Shown: one piece after another, positions 1 to 12,747 of the stretch | Layout: the number at the start of each line of letters is the position of its first letter | Numbering within the stretch: position 1 is the first letter of the stretch | Source: Leucoraja erinacea | Lineage: Eukaryota | DNA: 64,000 nucleotides | Assembly: GCF_028641065.1 (NCBI RefSeq) | Contig: NC_073382.1 | Coordinates: 58,342,001 to 58,406,000, forward strand | Reading direction: 5' to 3' | Position numbers and translations under genes: made by a program | Notes under the pieces: model-generated | Database searches by the model: none | What the model saw: the letters and a program-made list of their open reading frames with translations, nothing else | Told to the model about the DNA's origin: nothing

Positions 1-954
1 ATATGCTCATTCTTCGATGGCCACATAATTTTCTCTTTGGGTCCTCTCCAAGTTATGATCACCCAACCTACAAAAGAGTATGTGGGAAATTGTTGGGATG
101 GATGGCGATGGATTTGCTGGCTGCTGACATCTTCTGCTCATTGGGAACAAGACATCGCCATGTGCCTTGTCTTCCCACCCGCCACATAGCCACAATTGGG
201 GGCTGGGTTGAGCCGAGCAGACCTGGGATAGCTGAGCAAACCCCTCACTCATTGAGTCAGGGATGCTGGCTCGTGGCCACTGTTCCTGTGCTTGCTCACT
301 CTCCAGTGATAGGCAGTTCTGTGATACTAGGACTTCCCAATAGCTTGGGCAATCACCGTTCCTCGGAATGGAACCCTGCTATAACCTTGAGGGAGGGAGA
401 ATTCTATGGGTAAGACTGAATGTCAGTGGGATTTAAGTAATGGCACATCCTAGGAGGAGGCACAGCTAACTAACTCTTGAGAAGCATTCCAACTGCAAAC
501 ATTTCAAAATCCCAGCTCCATGTCTGCACAACTAATTTTCAGCGTGGTGCACTCTACAGCAATCAGGAATAAGGAATTAGTTCACTATCCCCAGATGCAC
601 GAAAGCCAATTGTAGAATGTCGTCGGTTGCTCCAAGATTAATTAGCTTTAATCAAAATCTGAAATTGAAAAATGTTTTGCTCTCAGCACCTCTGACAATT
701 GCTCTTCCTTGATTACAGGTTGTAGTTTACCAGTGTGACTTTTAGCAAAAATCAAACAAAAGCAACGTGCACTTTTAAATTTCAGACATCTTAACTCGAG
801 ATTTTGTAGCATATTGGAACGACTTTCATTGTTACCATATGGAGAAACATGGCTGCCAAATTGTATAGCACTGCCACATCAATAGATTGCAAGTCTATTT
901 AATAATATACATTAACGAATGAACATGGAAAACTAATTTTCACACTACACAAGA

Positions 955-1730
955 AAGCAAGAGGCTGCAGATTGGTGAACACAGCCCTACCCATCACCAG
1001 CAGCTCTCCCCACCAGTCAACGTATCAACATGAGGCACTACCTCAGGACGCAACATTTATCATCAAAGTTCCCCACCATCTGGGCTATGCCCCCTTCTCC
1101 TGTAACCGTTGGGCAGAAGGGGGTCAGATACCAGCAGGTTCAAGAACAGCGACTTTCCTACAGGGACAGCACAGTGGTGCAGCTGGTAGAGCTGCTACTT
1201 ACAGCGCCAGAAGCCTTGGTTCAATCCTGACCTTCGGGTGCAGTCTGCATATTCCCTGGTGACTGTGTGAACTTCAGTTTTCTCACACGTCCCAAAGACG
1301 TGTGGGTTAATTGGCTTCTGTGAATTGCCCCTGGTGTGTAGGGAGTGGATGGGAAAGTAGGATAACATAGAACTAATACAAACAGGTGATTGGTGGTCGG
1401 CATGGACTTGAAGGGGTGAAGTGCCTGTTTTCATTCTTATGACTTAACTATCAGGTTCTTGAACTAACCTGCACAACCATATTCCGACATTGACAACAGT
1501 TCACTGAGAACTATGTCTCACGATTATAGACTTTTTTCCCCTAATTGAGTTTCGGACTAATATCCTTTTTTGTAGTTTTTCTCTTTTTACTTTCTTGCTG
1601 GATGTCTAATTCACAAATAATTTATGTCTGATTTGTGCATTGTCTGAGTGATGTTCAGACAACGCACAAAAACAAGATGTTCACTGTACATACGCCTTAT
1701 TGTAATTGTGTGTATCTGACAAAAACGACA
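955..1730 (+). mobile_element. Old Rex1/Babar LINE 3' fragment interrupted by a SINE
   Basis: Degenerate coding sequence of the IIKDPHHPG..F..LPSGRR type. It resumes after the SINE with atcaggttcttgaac and a Rex-type tail. Confidence 0.55.
1162..1445 (+). mobile_element. tRNA-derived V-SINE (HE1-like)
   Basis: tRNA-like head with A box (agtggtgcagctgg) and B box (ggttcaatcc), partial V domain, CR1-like tail. Confidence 0.8.
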
Positions 1731-2079
1731 TGAAATGTACTATGGGGTCTATTACATGTAACTGAAGGGTGGCGGCAGGGGGGGGGTCTAAAATTTAACA
1801 GGTTAAATGGGACAAATTTTGTATTGGCATCTGCTGTTAATTAGACGACTTTTCACCATTGGGTTTTTCAACATTCGGCATGACATGTTGATGAAAGTGG
1901 GAGGTGACAACATCACATCACAGAACAAACTAAACAAACTGGTCAATCTACTATATCCTTTAGCGAGGATTGTGAAATTTAAGTACAATGACCAAGGTGC
2001 AGATAAATACAATTTTGCCTTTCCACTGTTGGGAGCATCAAATATAAATAAGTGATAATTCATTCGGCTCTTAGGCCTC

Positions 2080-2170
2080 TGTTTCTCATTTCCACAGATG
2101 CTGTCTGACCTGCTGAGTCTTCCCAGGGTTTTCTGTTTTTATTTCAGAATTATTACATTTGCACTTTTCA
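2080..2170 (+). mobile_element. Old Penelope-like 3' terminal fragment
   Basis: cacagatgctgtctgacctgctgagt...ttttctgtttttatttcaga is the same terminal motif found at the ends of the GIY-YIG elements in this window. Confidence 0.6.
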
Positions 2171-2719
2171 TTATTTCCATGAAAAGTAATAAAAGTGGAT
2201 GCTGATCAATATTTTGTCCATTTCAGCAACGTGCCTTAACTTCAGTTTGCAAAAATGAGCATGTAACTGGATTACAAAAGAATGTGCTTATTTCTGTTAG
2301 GCTATACCGTGCCAGAATTCCATTGTGAAACCATTATTTTTCCTCTAAATTTCGCGCATTTTTTTAATAGCATCTTAAAACAATTCCAATTATGGTGCTA
2401 ATTTATTACTTCATTCTCTTCACATATTTTTCATTTCACATTGTAAACGCACAAACCATGCAAGCCAACTAAACTGTTCACAATTAAATAACTCAGTAGA
2501 AATCACATTCCAATAGTTAGAGACCGAAAAGAAAATATTCATTCACAAAGTCCAGCAAATTTGGTCATCCCTTCATACTGGTATGGCTTCTCCAAGCAAT
2601 AGCAATATAAATCAATTGTATAAAATTGAATGTTTACATTGGCTGCGTTATATATATTATATGTATTATATATTAGACATAGGCGAGAAAAGGCAAAAAA
2701 TTAATTTGGGAAACTCTAA

Positions 2720-3276
2720 TGGCTAGTTTTCACGGGGCGACTTGACGCAAGATGTAGCCAGAGTGGAGTGGTCGTGGTCTAGCACGATATCACACGATAT
2801 AACGGGGGTAGAGTAAAGAGTTCCCACGGTACTCGGCAATTCTGTCATTTGTGCGAGTGACTTGTCCGTCTCCCGATCTTTCCCGAATCAACATCGTGGA
2901 CTGTAGTGTAGTTAATCACGTGGCACAAATGATGTTACTTTGTTGTCACACACTCTATTCGTTTTTTTCACCCGAGCTCTTTAATGAGCTGAAGAATAAT
3001 CTGTGTTTTTTTAGACAAATGTTGTTTGGTGTGATGCACCTTCTCTCAATATGTGCAAGAAGTCGTCTTTTTATTTTGTCAAATATGAATAAAGACTGTG
3101 TCTCACATTGACCGTGATGATTGTGTTATTTTATGATCTACTGAGAGGTGAAACTTTCAGTCTGAAGAAACTTTCAGCCCGAAACGCCACCCGTTCCTTC
3201 TATCCAGAGATGCTGCCTGTCCCGCTGAGTTGCTCCAAGCAACTGGTGTCTATCTTCAAAGGACTGACCAGGACTG

Positions 3277-3312
<36 letters not shown>

Positions 3313-3591
3313 CTCTCTCTCTCTCTCTCTCCCCCTCCCTCTCTCACAGGCATGAATGGATGAACTCCGCGGGCCAGGCAGCATCTACGGAGAGAAATGG
3401 ACAGCGACCCATTCTTCAGGCTGCCTTATGTCTCTTCCACCCCCCCCTCACCCCAACTCCCACCCACACACGCGAATGCTGGAGAAACTCAGCGGGTGCA
3501 GCGGGGCCGAAACGTTGTCTATTTCCTTCGTTCCATAGATGCTGCTGCACCCGCTGAGTTTCTGCAGCATTCGCGTGTGTGGTGGGGGTTG

Positions 3592-3624
<33 letters not shown>

Positions 3625-4010
3625 GACATAAGGCAGCCTGAAGAATGGGTCGTCTGTCCATTTCCCAAATGCTGTCTGGCCCGCGGAGTTCCTCCATTCA
3701 TGCCTGTGTGAGAGGGAGGGAGGGAGAGAGAGAGAGAGAGAGAGGCAGTCCTGGTCAGTCCTTTGAAGATAGACACCAGTTGCTTGGAGCAACTCAGCGG
3801 GACAGGCAGCATCTCTGGAGAGAAGGAACGGGTGGCGTTTCGGGTCGAGAGCCTTCTTCACACTCTCCCTCCCTCACTCTCACACAGGCATGAATGGAGG
3901 AACTCCGCGGGCCAGGCAGCATTTACGTTCCTTCTCTCCAGAGCGGCTGCCTGTCCCGCTGAGTTGCTCCAAGCAACTGGTGTCTATCTTCAAAGGACTG
4001 ACCAGGACTG

Positions 4011-4052
<42 letters not shown>

Positions 4053-4697
4053 CCTCTCCTCTCTCTCTCTCACACAGGCATGAATGGATGAACTCCGCGG
4101 GCCAGACAGCATCTACGGAGAGAAATGGACAGCGACCCATTCTTCAGGCTGCCTTATGTCTCCCCCCCCCCCCCCCCCCCCCCACCCCAACTCCCACCTA
4201 CACACACGAATGCTGGAGAAACTCAGCGGGTGCAGCGGGGCCGAAACGTTGTCTATTTCCTTCGTTCCATAGATGCCTGGCCCGCGGAGTTCCTCCAGTT
4301 AGAAACTGCTTTCAGACAAAAAGAGACACACTGACATTAATGAAATGCTTAGCTAGTTTTATTAGATTTGTATGTAAATAGCAAACTGGCTGGATTCACT
4401 CTATCCAACCTCCGGGTTCACCGTTGGCAGGAGTTCCCACGGTGACCGCAAGAGTTACTACGGATATCGCACGGGACACTTCGTTCATAAAATGTTGCAA
4501 TGCTCAACCACAAGTGCACAAGACACTCTTGGACAAATTCAAACATGTTTGAATTTTCTCCCGAGTACCCAAGGTACACGATTAGCTGCCGTTAGCGCCA
4601 CGGTGGTCCACGAATGCCGTATTGTTACCGCACGAGGTTCCCACGATGTCAAACTCTGGTTACCTCTTGCGTCAAGTCGCACCGTGAAAAGGGGGTT
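2720..4697. mobile_element. PIF/Harbinger-like non-autonomous DNA transposon carrying Penelope-derived palindromic cargo
   Basis: 38-bp inverted termini at 2727-2764 and 4653-4690 (TTTTCACGG.GCGACTTGACGCAAGA.GTA.CCAGAGT, 3 mismatches). Flanks are TAA and TCA. A 22-bp perfect palindrome lies at 4535-4556. Confidence 0.75.
3161..4297. repeat. Inverted plus direct triplication (A, inverted A, A) of a ~340-bp unit built from Penelope terminal pieces, (CT)n and poly-C
   Basis: 3161-3502 is the reverse complement of 3543-3862. About 3925-4275 repeats the first arm in direct orientation. Confidence 0.9.
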
Positions 4698-6149
4698 TCA
4701 AACAACTGTTTTGCCAACATTGTTCTAATAGCTGTCTTAGTACTACTTCCATTTTAGTGTTTCCAAGATTGGGCAGCAATCTGCCCTGCACCTTAACAGC
4801 AGAGGCATTGATAGAAATGTGCAGAATTGCAGATAACCACTCTGACGGCCGTTCTGTGTATTTTTTTTTTAATTGCCCGACAAGTTCAGCACTGGAGTAA
4901 TTTTTAAATCAGCCTCTAAAGCCGTCAACGCCGACAACGGGTAAAGGAAAGCTGGTTATTTTATGTATAAAAGTGCTCCTTAAGATGCCTTTAATTTAAA
5001 TTTTACGTTGCGAAAAGGTGATTTTTTTTCCCCTCATACGAACCGGCAGTATTTTTCCTGCCGATATGGGGTTTAAATTCACCGCAACCGCAACGTTCCA
5101 ATTGATCGCGTTCCAGAAAACACACTCGCAAGATGATTTAAATGGACATTAATTTAAGGTATTAAACATTAAATTCCTTCCATTTGGCCTATAAATCCAT
5201 GGCAATGAGATTTAAAAATTATGTTATATTTTGAATTCTTGTGTAAACGTTATTTGGACACTTAGGCTATTTAAAAATGTTAATCTATTCTTAAGAAATT
5301 GATAGATGTTTAGATCTAGTAATTGAATTTTGTAATTAGCTACAATTAGGTAACTAACTAATTATATGCTTTAATTTCAAGTCATCTAAGTAAGATTGTT
5401 TCATAATTGTTTCAGAATGTTTCAATCTATAATAACTGAAAAGTTATTTCAGTTCTCTTCATTTTTAAGAAAGTTATGGCCATTTGACTGTCCACGGTCA
5501 CAGCTTTTGTGTTAAGTCAATGGAAAAGCAAGATGCTAATTTCCGAGTATGAAAATGGCCATAACTTATTTAATACTGAAGATATGAAAGTGAATTAGGG
5601 GTCAAATTAAACTCCTTTTTATGCTTTATCTGATGGGATAAATTACAGACTTGATTTTTAAAATCTCAAAATTTTGTAACATTGCTACACTCTGGCTTCA
5701 CGATTTTCCAGCTCTTCATGCTTAAAACCCAATTGATATATTTACTTTTGGTAACATAGACATACCTGGCACCAGATTGTACAATATGCAATACTCTGAG
5801 ATAAAAACAAAAAATACTGAAAACACTTGGAAATGCCAAATGTTTTCAGAATTTTTGGTTTTATTTTCCATTTATACCATTTGAAATTTGTTTTTCAAAT
5901 ATACTAATAAGCTCTTGTCCAACAGGTACATATATTTTCTCAAGATTCATCATTGGACGTATTTCACTAAAAGGTGGTAGTGATGGGAAATGAGGGGCAA
6001 TCTCAACTCTTCAGAGCTATTTATATAATGCCTAACAAAATCACAGTACACTGTTACTCCTCTTAGCACTAGTCGTGAGAGTGCTCAATCATGGTCCTGG
6101 AGTCCAAACACTCACAGGTACATACCACCCGGCACCGCTCCCATACCGT

Positions 6150-6380
6150 GTTCTCTCAAAGGGTGGTGAATCACTGGAATACTCTGCCCTTGGGTGTTGG
6201 AGGGCAAATCAATAAACAAATTTAAGGTGGAGATAAATAAATGTGGGAAAGTAAGTAATTGAGGGTAAATGGGGAACTGGCATAGAAGAGACCAGCAAAG
6301 ATTAGCCGCGATTATACTGAATGGTAGGAAGGCTCGAGGGGGCCTGCTTGCCAACTCCTGTTCTTATTCCTATGTTCTTG
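6150..6380 (+). mobile_element. CR1 LINE 3' fragment (old)
   Basis: Sequence of the SQRVVNxWNxLP type followed by the CR1 3' UTR (ggctcgaggggcc...ctcctgttcttattcctatg). Confidence 0.75.
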
Positions 6381-6771
6381 ACCTTCTCTCAGCATGCAGC
6401 TCGCTGTGTTGAGAACCTAAGCAATCCACACCTCTCATTTCAACCACCAACTCCAGTCCGCATTGTCATGCAGAGATGAGATCCATTTGGCAGTTTCATT
6501 GTTGCAAGAATACCAGCAAAGTGCTGAGCCTTCAACCGCATACTCCACACAACAGCTGTGAGGGAATAGATTTGTGCCAGATTCCGAGTACACCAGTATT
6601 GTCAGTAATATATCCCTCTACATAAAATGCGGCGACTGCCCCTTTTAACTCTATTCCATTAACGGAATTGCCCCTGAGTAATGCATCCTGAGTAGTAAGC
6701 AAAGTGCCAGTGTACTTATGGTGAGAGAATGTTCAGACTGTTTAGGTAAGTGTATGAAAAAGGTCAACAGA

Positions 6772-7259
6772 TTAAGCGGAGGTTGGGCGATCATTTCGCC
6801 GAACACCTCCGCTCAGTCCGCAATAACCTACCTGAACTCCCGGTGGCTCAGCACTTCAACTCCCCCTCCCATTCCCAATCCGACCTCTGTCCCGGGTCTC
6901 CTCCATTGCCAGAGTGAGCAACACCGGAAATTGGAGGAACAGCACCTCATATTCCGCCTGGGTTGCTTGCGTCCGGATGGCATGAACGTTGAATTCTCCC
7001 AATTTTGCTAGCCCTTGCTGTCTCCTCCCTTTCCTTAACCCTCAAGCTGCCTCCTCCCATCCCCCCGCCCTCGGGCTCCTCCTCCTCCCTTTTTCCTTCC
7101 TTCTCCCCCCCCCCCCCACCCCCCATCAGTCTGAAGAAGGGTTTTGGCCCGAAACGTCGCCAATTTCCTTCGCTCCATAGATGCTGCTGCACTCGCTGAG
7201 TTTCTCCAGCATTTTTGTGTACCTTTGATCTTTCAGCATCTGCAGTTCCTTCTTGAACA
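6772..7259 (+). mobile_element. Penelope-like element 3' fragment (GIY-YIG C-terminus, poly-C, hammerhead core, terminal tail)
   Basis: Encodes KRRLGDHFAEHL...HFNSPSH...RKLEEQHLIFRLG..PDGMNVEF and is nearly identical to 41590-42040. Confidence 0.88.
7131..7158 (+). ncRNA. Putative minimal hammerhead ribozyme core (Penelope-associated)
   Basis: CUGAAGA-A-GGGU[UUUG]GCCC-GAAAC-GUC has all core nucleotides, helix II and a palindromic ACGU helix III. Helix I is only about 2 bp. Confidence 0.6.
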
Positions 7260-8823
7260 ACAGATTATCTTGATGAGTATACTATTTCACACATGTAGAT
7301 GGCTCAAGATCCACTCACAGTATGTGAATTGATGGACTGACATACTAGTTCTTTCCACATCAAAATTAATGTTCTCTAACATTTTGTCTCAAGATAATGT
7401 GCTAGGATAGATTCACACTAAAAGAGAATTTTCACCTTTATGAGCAGGCTTAGGTTTCAAATCCTGAATATACAATTCCTCCAAATTCTACAGCTATAAG
7501 TAAGACAAAAGAGAGAATGTTGATGTTTGATATATTCTATAAACGAGATACTATCTATATTCCCCATTGATTTTCCTTTACCCCGATCCATTTTGTAAAT
7601 AAAGTAACAAAAGAATAGCCAAAGTGCTGCATCATTACAGTTGAATTAAATAATAGCGTGGAGTAAATAGCTTCCCCAACTATCTTCAAGCTTGCTCATG
7701 GTGTTGCAAAATGAAAAACTTCCAAAAAAGGGTTATCCTGAGATGAAAGGCAATGATTGATAAAGTAAAACAAAGCAAAGATCAATACTTGCAGGTAACA
7801 TTTATATTAAAGCACGATGTCAAGGAACTAGATTTAAAAGTGCCTTCATCAAAGCAAAGCCTTTTTACTTGTTATTATTTATATTATGATTTATGATTGT
7901 GAAGCATCATTTTTCAGCAATTTTTCACTGCAATGAATATTTGCAGCAAAATTGTGGGCAAGGGTGATGGATTTTTTCCAGTTTTGTCATTGATCACATT
8001 TCTTTGAGATTGAAACGCAAGGTTTCTCTTTGTTGTGAAATATGTCTTCAGAGAAAGGTGGGGCACAGAGAGGAACACCACAGCTGTGTTGGGTTATTAA
8101 GTTGCACCCAACCTTTTTTTTTAAGTCACCTTATCCATTCCGGGTTTGGTCCAAAGCATGTAAATGTTAACTTTGTCAGACAACACATTTATGGTATGTA
8201 CACAAATGTTGTAACAGCACATTTGTAAACCAGATGGGATGAAATTAAACTTTAAATGTAGGCTTAGTTTGAGTGTCGGATAGGATTGATTGGATAAAAT
8301 GGATACGGGAATTTGTTCAATTTGATGGAAGGCTCATGTTTTGACAACATTTGCCAAGTTGCTCATGGTACAATAGGGTTAATGATTCTGCTTAAGTATA
8401 ATCTGCTGAAGTACCTAACAATTTTGTAATTATTGTAAGGGAAATAATGATTGGAGAGGTGCCTCAGATGCTATTTATTGCAATATGACTTGCTTTGAAA
8501 TTGTTGATTGGAGCTATCTTGAAGCAGATATATCACTCAAAAACAAAACTTTCACCCCAAATGTGCACTGTGTGCAACGCATGATAGGTTAAATTACATG
8601 AAGAAAATTAAATTGATCGATTATAAGGAATCCGAATTGATCACGTAAAAAAACATACTATAATTTAGTGATTTAGGAATCAAATTAATGTGATTTAGAA
8701 AGAAATTAATATAAAAATAAAATCAATAGGATTAACCTATTTAAAATATATTCAATTCACTGTTACTGTTCTACTTGTAATACATTGCAGTTTACTTGGA
8801 TAAAAAGAGTATATTAGATTTTA

Positions 8824-8931
8824 TGTTTAAGAAAGAACTGCAGATGCTGGAAAAATCAAAGGTAGACAAAAATGCTGGAGAAACTCAGCGGGTGAGGCAG
8901 CATTTATGGAGCGAAGGAAAATATGACGTTT
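8824..8931 (-). mobile_element. Penelope terminal fragment
   Basis: tgtttaagaaagaactgcagatgctgg...ctcagcgggtgaggcagc is the reverse complement of the PLE terminus. Confidence 0.8.
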
Positions 8932-9204
8932 ATGTGCTGTTTTAATGTTGTGAAATGTCAGGCATGGATGAAAAACAAAGGCAAATAGTTTTTAAAATAT
9001 TTCTAAACTGTATTCTTATATGAAATGTAGGAGTGTATTTTTTTTGCAATGTTTTCCATGTCTGCAGCGTTTAGTGAGCAAATTGCTTGTAATATATTGA
9101 AGAGATGAAATAATTCATATGGGGAATATGAATCAAATTAAGATAATATAATGAAACGCAATGATCAGAAGTAATAGCTACATACAAGAGTATGTATAGG
9201 TTGC

Positions 9205-9445
9205 AACTGAATCATCCTACCACAACTGAGAGCAGTCCTGAACTATTATCCACCTCATTGGTGACCCTCGGACTATGTTTGATCGGACTTTACTGGCTTT
9301 ATCTTACACTAAACGTTATTCCCTATCATGTATCTATACACTGTGACTGGCCCGATTGTAATCATTTATTGTCGTTCTGCTGACTGATCAGCACGCAACA
9401 AAAACTTTTTACTGTAGCTCGGTACACGTGACAATAAACTAAACA
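9205..9445 (+). mobile_element. Rex1/Babar-type 3' UTR fragment
   Basis: Homologous to the 3' UTR at ~49920-50155, which follows Rex1-type coding sequence. Ends gtgacaataaactaaac. Confidence 0.6.
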
Positions 9446-9842
9446 GAATTGGAAGTCTAGAATGAAGATCTAGAAGAGATGAAGATAGCAAATTATAATA
9501 AGTTCCAAGTAATAGAAGATTACAGTATATAAAAAGTGTCTAATTAAACATATGACAATAGGCAGGAATGCTGAGCTGAGGAACTGGTGCCGAGAGGTGA
9601 AGGTAAACTCATTCAGACCATAGAGGGAAAAGAAATGGTGAAGAAGCTTAATCTTGAATACCTCCAAACTACTTCTAGAGGGACCAATGAATAATAGCCA
9701 CCACTGTTGCCCAAGTAAAAAGTCATAACAGTTAAATCCAAAGTACTATTAAAATAGTAAAAATAAATAATCTTAAAAACTGAAAATGAACATTGAATTA
9801 CATTTTAATGTAATCGAACTTTTATGACAATGAGGAAAAACA

Positions 9843-10045
9843 TAAAAATGCTGGAGGAACCCAACTGGTCAGGCAGCATCTGCGGAGGGAATGGTCAGAC
9901 GTGTTTCGTGTCACGAGTCTGAAGAAGGTTCCTGACCTGAAACATCATCTGTCCATACCCTCCCCAGATGCTGCCTGACCTGCTGAATTCCTCTCACACT
10001 TTGTGTTTTGCTCAAGATTACAGCGTCTACAGTCTCTTGTGTACC
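9843..10045. mobile_element. Fold-back mini element made of two inverted Penelope termini joined at the hammerhead core
   Basis: The left arm (gctggaggaaccc..gtcaggcagcatctg) is the reverse complement of the right arm (cagatgctgcctgacctgctgaattcc). The core CTGAAGA-AGGT-tcctg-ACCT-GAAAC-ATC is at 9919-9946. Confidence 0.75.
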
Positions 10046-10364
10046 ATGATACTGGGCCTTGATAGCAGAGAAGCTTAAACCTTACCCTAACTGTGCACAT
10101 AATACTATCTGTACCGTTCAAATGCTATTATTTTTTCATTCATTTCTCTTCTTCTGTATGATACTTACATTTTCTGCTATTATATTTTAACAATGTGCTT
10201 ATTTTTTCGATTTAGTTTTGTAGCAATGAGCACCCAGAGAGAAGTGCATACAGGATCATACCTGGAAAACAGAGGGTTGGAGAATAAGTGCAGGGTTCTA
10301 ACAGGAAGACAAGATATAGGTCACCCTTGTCATATATTCTCATTTGCCTAATATCAAGTAACAA

Positions 10365-10606
10365 ATTTTTACACAGAGAGTGGTGAATCTCTGGAATTCT
10401 CTGCCACAGAAGGTAGTTGAGGCCAGTTCATTGGCTATATTTAAGAGGAAGTTAGATGTGGCCCTTGTGGATAAAGGGATCAGGGGGTATGGAGAGAATG
10501 CAGGTACAGGATACCGAGTTGGATGATCAGCCATGATCCTATTGAATGGCGGTGCAGGCTCGAAGGGCCGAATGGCCTACTCCTACTCCTGCACCTATTT
10601 TCTATG
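10365..10606 (+). mobile_element. CR1 LINE 3' end (young family)
   Basis: Reverse complement of the 3' end of the CR1 at 17134-18512. Ends tttctatg. Confidence 0.9.
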
Positions 10607-11457
10607 AAAATCTGAATTTGAACAGAATGTTTGACCTTCCAAGGTAATATGAGATTGTACAACATCAATGAAATTACAAGTAGATGTGATAGCTGCAAGG
10701 TTTGATGATATTTTGGCCTTTGCTATCCCTTTTCACAAAAATAAAAGATGGAGAAAGGTCAGAAAGTGAAGAATATACCATGATCCTTTCATGAGCTTAG
10801 GAGGAGTGCAGCTATTTATTGGTATTTTCAAACAAAATTACTTTCTTAATGAAGTTATACTTGAATTATTGAAAATTCAGGTTAACTACATCCAACTTTT
10901 TTCAAACCTCTTTTACCAAAAAGAAACATTTATAGATGTTTTGCAAAGTATTCAATGCAAATTTTACTGAAATTACTCAATTACTTAAATAAATACAAAA
11001 AAAACCCACAAATACTTGGATAAAAAATACTTCAATATGTTTAAAATTACGAGTAACACTGCCTGCTTCCAATCAAGCAAAGCAGTGCATCAATTTAAAT
11101 TTTTGAACAGAGTAGATATAGACAAACGGGAACCAAACAAAAAGAACTTTAAAGATATTTTATACACATCCGGTAAAGTCAGTACAAATGTTGGTCACAT
11201 TAATGCAATGCTTGCTTGGAGGTTACAAGTAAACTGATCTCATTCACCCATCTGCCTTCCAGATGAGCTCTCTTTTCAACTGACATCCCTAAAATAAATA
11301 GTTGCTTTCCCCATTCTAAACTGAAGAATAGACAATAGATTTGAATGAGGACTCTGAGGTGATTGAAACGTGGATAAAATTATTAAATCAAAAACCTAGC
11401 TTGACAACTGTAAATGTAAATGCTGCCAGGAACCCAAAAGTAATCAAACTTAAAATA

Positions 11458-11659
11458 AATACAAAAAAACTGGAGAAAATCAGCGGGACAGGCAGCATCT
11501 CTGGAGAGAAGGAATGGGTGACATTATGGGTCGAGGCTCTTCTTCAGACCCAAAACGTCACCCATTCCTTCTCTCCAGAGATGCTGCCTGTCCTGCTGAG
11601 TTACTCCAGCTTTTTGTGTCTATCTTCGGTTTAATCCAGCATCTGCAGTTCCTTCTTAC
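11458..11659. mobile_element. Fold-back mini element made of inverted Penelope termini fused within the hammerhead core
   Basis: gggacaggcagcatctctggagagaaggaatgggtgac pairs with gtcacccattccttctctccagagatgctgcctgtcc. The centre is tcttcttcagacccaaaacgtc. Confidence 0.85.
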
Positions 11660-11792
11660 CCAGTAATTAAACTTGCTGGACATCGATTTCTGCTGTGGCA
11701 TATAACCGCTTGAGAATCTGAAACATCTGAAAATTTTCCATTGTTTTAAGAATATGTCTGGATTAATTGAAAACTACTTTTAAATTTATTTT

Positions 11793-12096
11793 TATAGATT
11801 TAGAGATACAGTGTGGGAACACGACCTTTTAGCCCACTGTCCATGCCAACCATCAATCAACCATACACTAGTTCTAGGCAATCCTATCCTACACACAAGG
11901 GGCAATTTACAGAAGTTAATTAACCTGCAAATATGCACGTCTTTGGAATGTGTGAGGAAACCGGAGCACCCGGGGAAAACCCACGTGGTCACAGGGAGAA
12001 CAAACAAACTCTGTACAGACAGCACCCATAGTCAGAGTCAAAGCTGGGTCTCTGCTTTTGTGAGGCATGAACTCTATCGCTGCACCACTGTGCCGT
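11793..12096 (-). mobile_element. HE1-like V-SINE
   Basis: Reverse complement contains a tRNA head, the V domain (gtgggttttccccgggtgctccggtttcctcacaca) and the tail tgtatctctaaa. Confidence 0.85.
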
Positions 12097-12747
12097 ATTT
12101 TTGCTGGTGTAAATAGTGTTCATCTCTGCAATCCATTTAGCTAAAGCCCGTCAGGACTGATTGCTGAGAGGATAAACCGACCCAGAGAATGCCCACCTCT
12201 TCTACCATTCCACTGTATAAACCTCACTGTATTATTTACGACATGTGTGAATGGTAAGCCTTTAAACTAGAGACATCAGTTGTGGAACGGATACCATAGT
12301 CTATTATCACGAGTGTGACTCAAGTATGACTTGAATCCAAATGTGACCTGATTAAACAGTCAGTGTGTGGGTTAAGGGTTGATTAATCCTAACTAATACA
12401 TTTATTCCTAACTGATGCAGTTACAACCTTTTTAAACGAATCAGCATGGTTGACAAATAGTATCAATGAATGTTGTCTAGTGGATTTGAAATTCTCCAAA
12501 TGAATCTACCAGTTTCGATTATCAGCAAAGCTGAGGTGAATGTAATTGAAGGTAAGTGTGATAGGACAGTTACCAATTGAAAAACAGGAGGCAGGAGATA
12601 AGAATAATAATGGAAATGTACTAGGATTATTAGAATGTGCCAAGAAATATTTAACCATCTCTGCTGAGCAAGCAATGTTTCACCATATACAACAGCGACT
12701 TGGGTTAAGGAGAACCCACTACCTGCTCCCTCGACCCTCTCCCCTGC

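Noticed and set aside
3-413. 136-aa ORF at the window start
   Set aside because: No recognisable motif or splice context. Probably chance or an old repeat.
3108-4381. Many overlapping proline-, SL- or RE-rich ORFs
   Set aside because: They are translations of (CT)n, poly-C and Penelope termini inside the palindrome, not genes.
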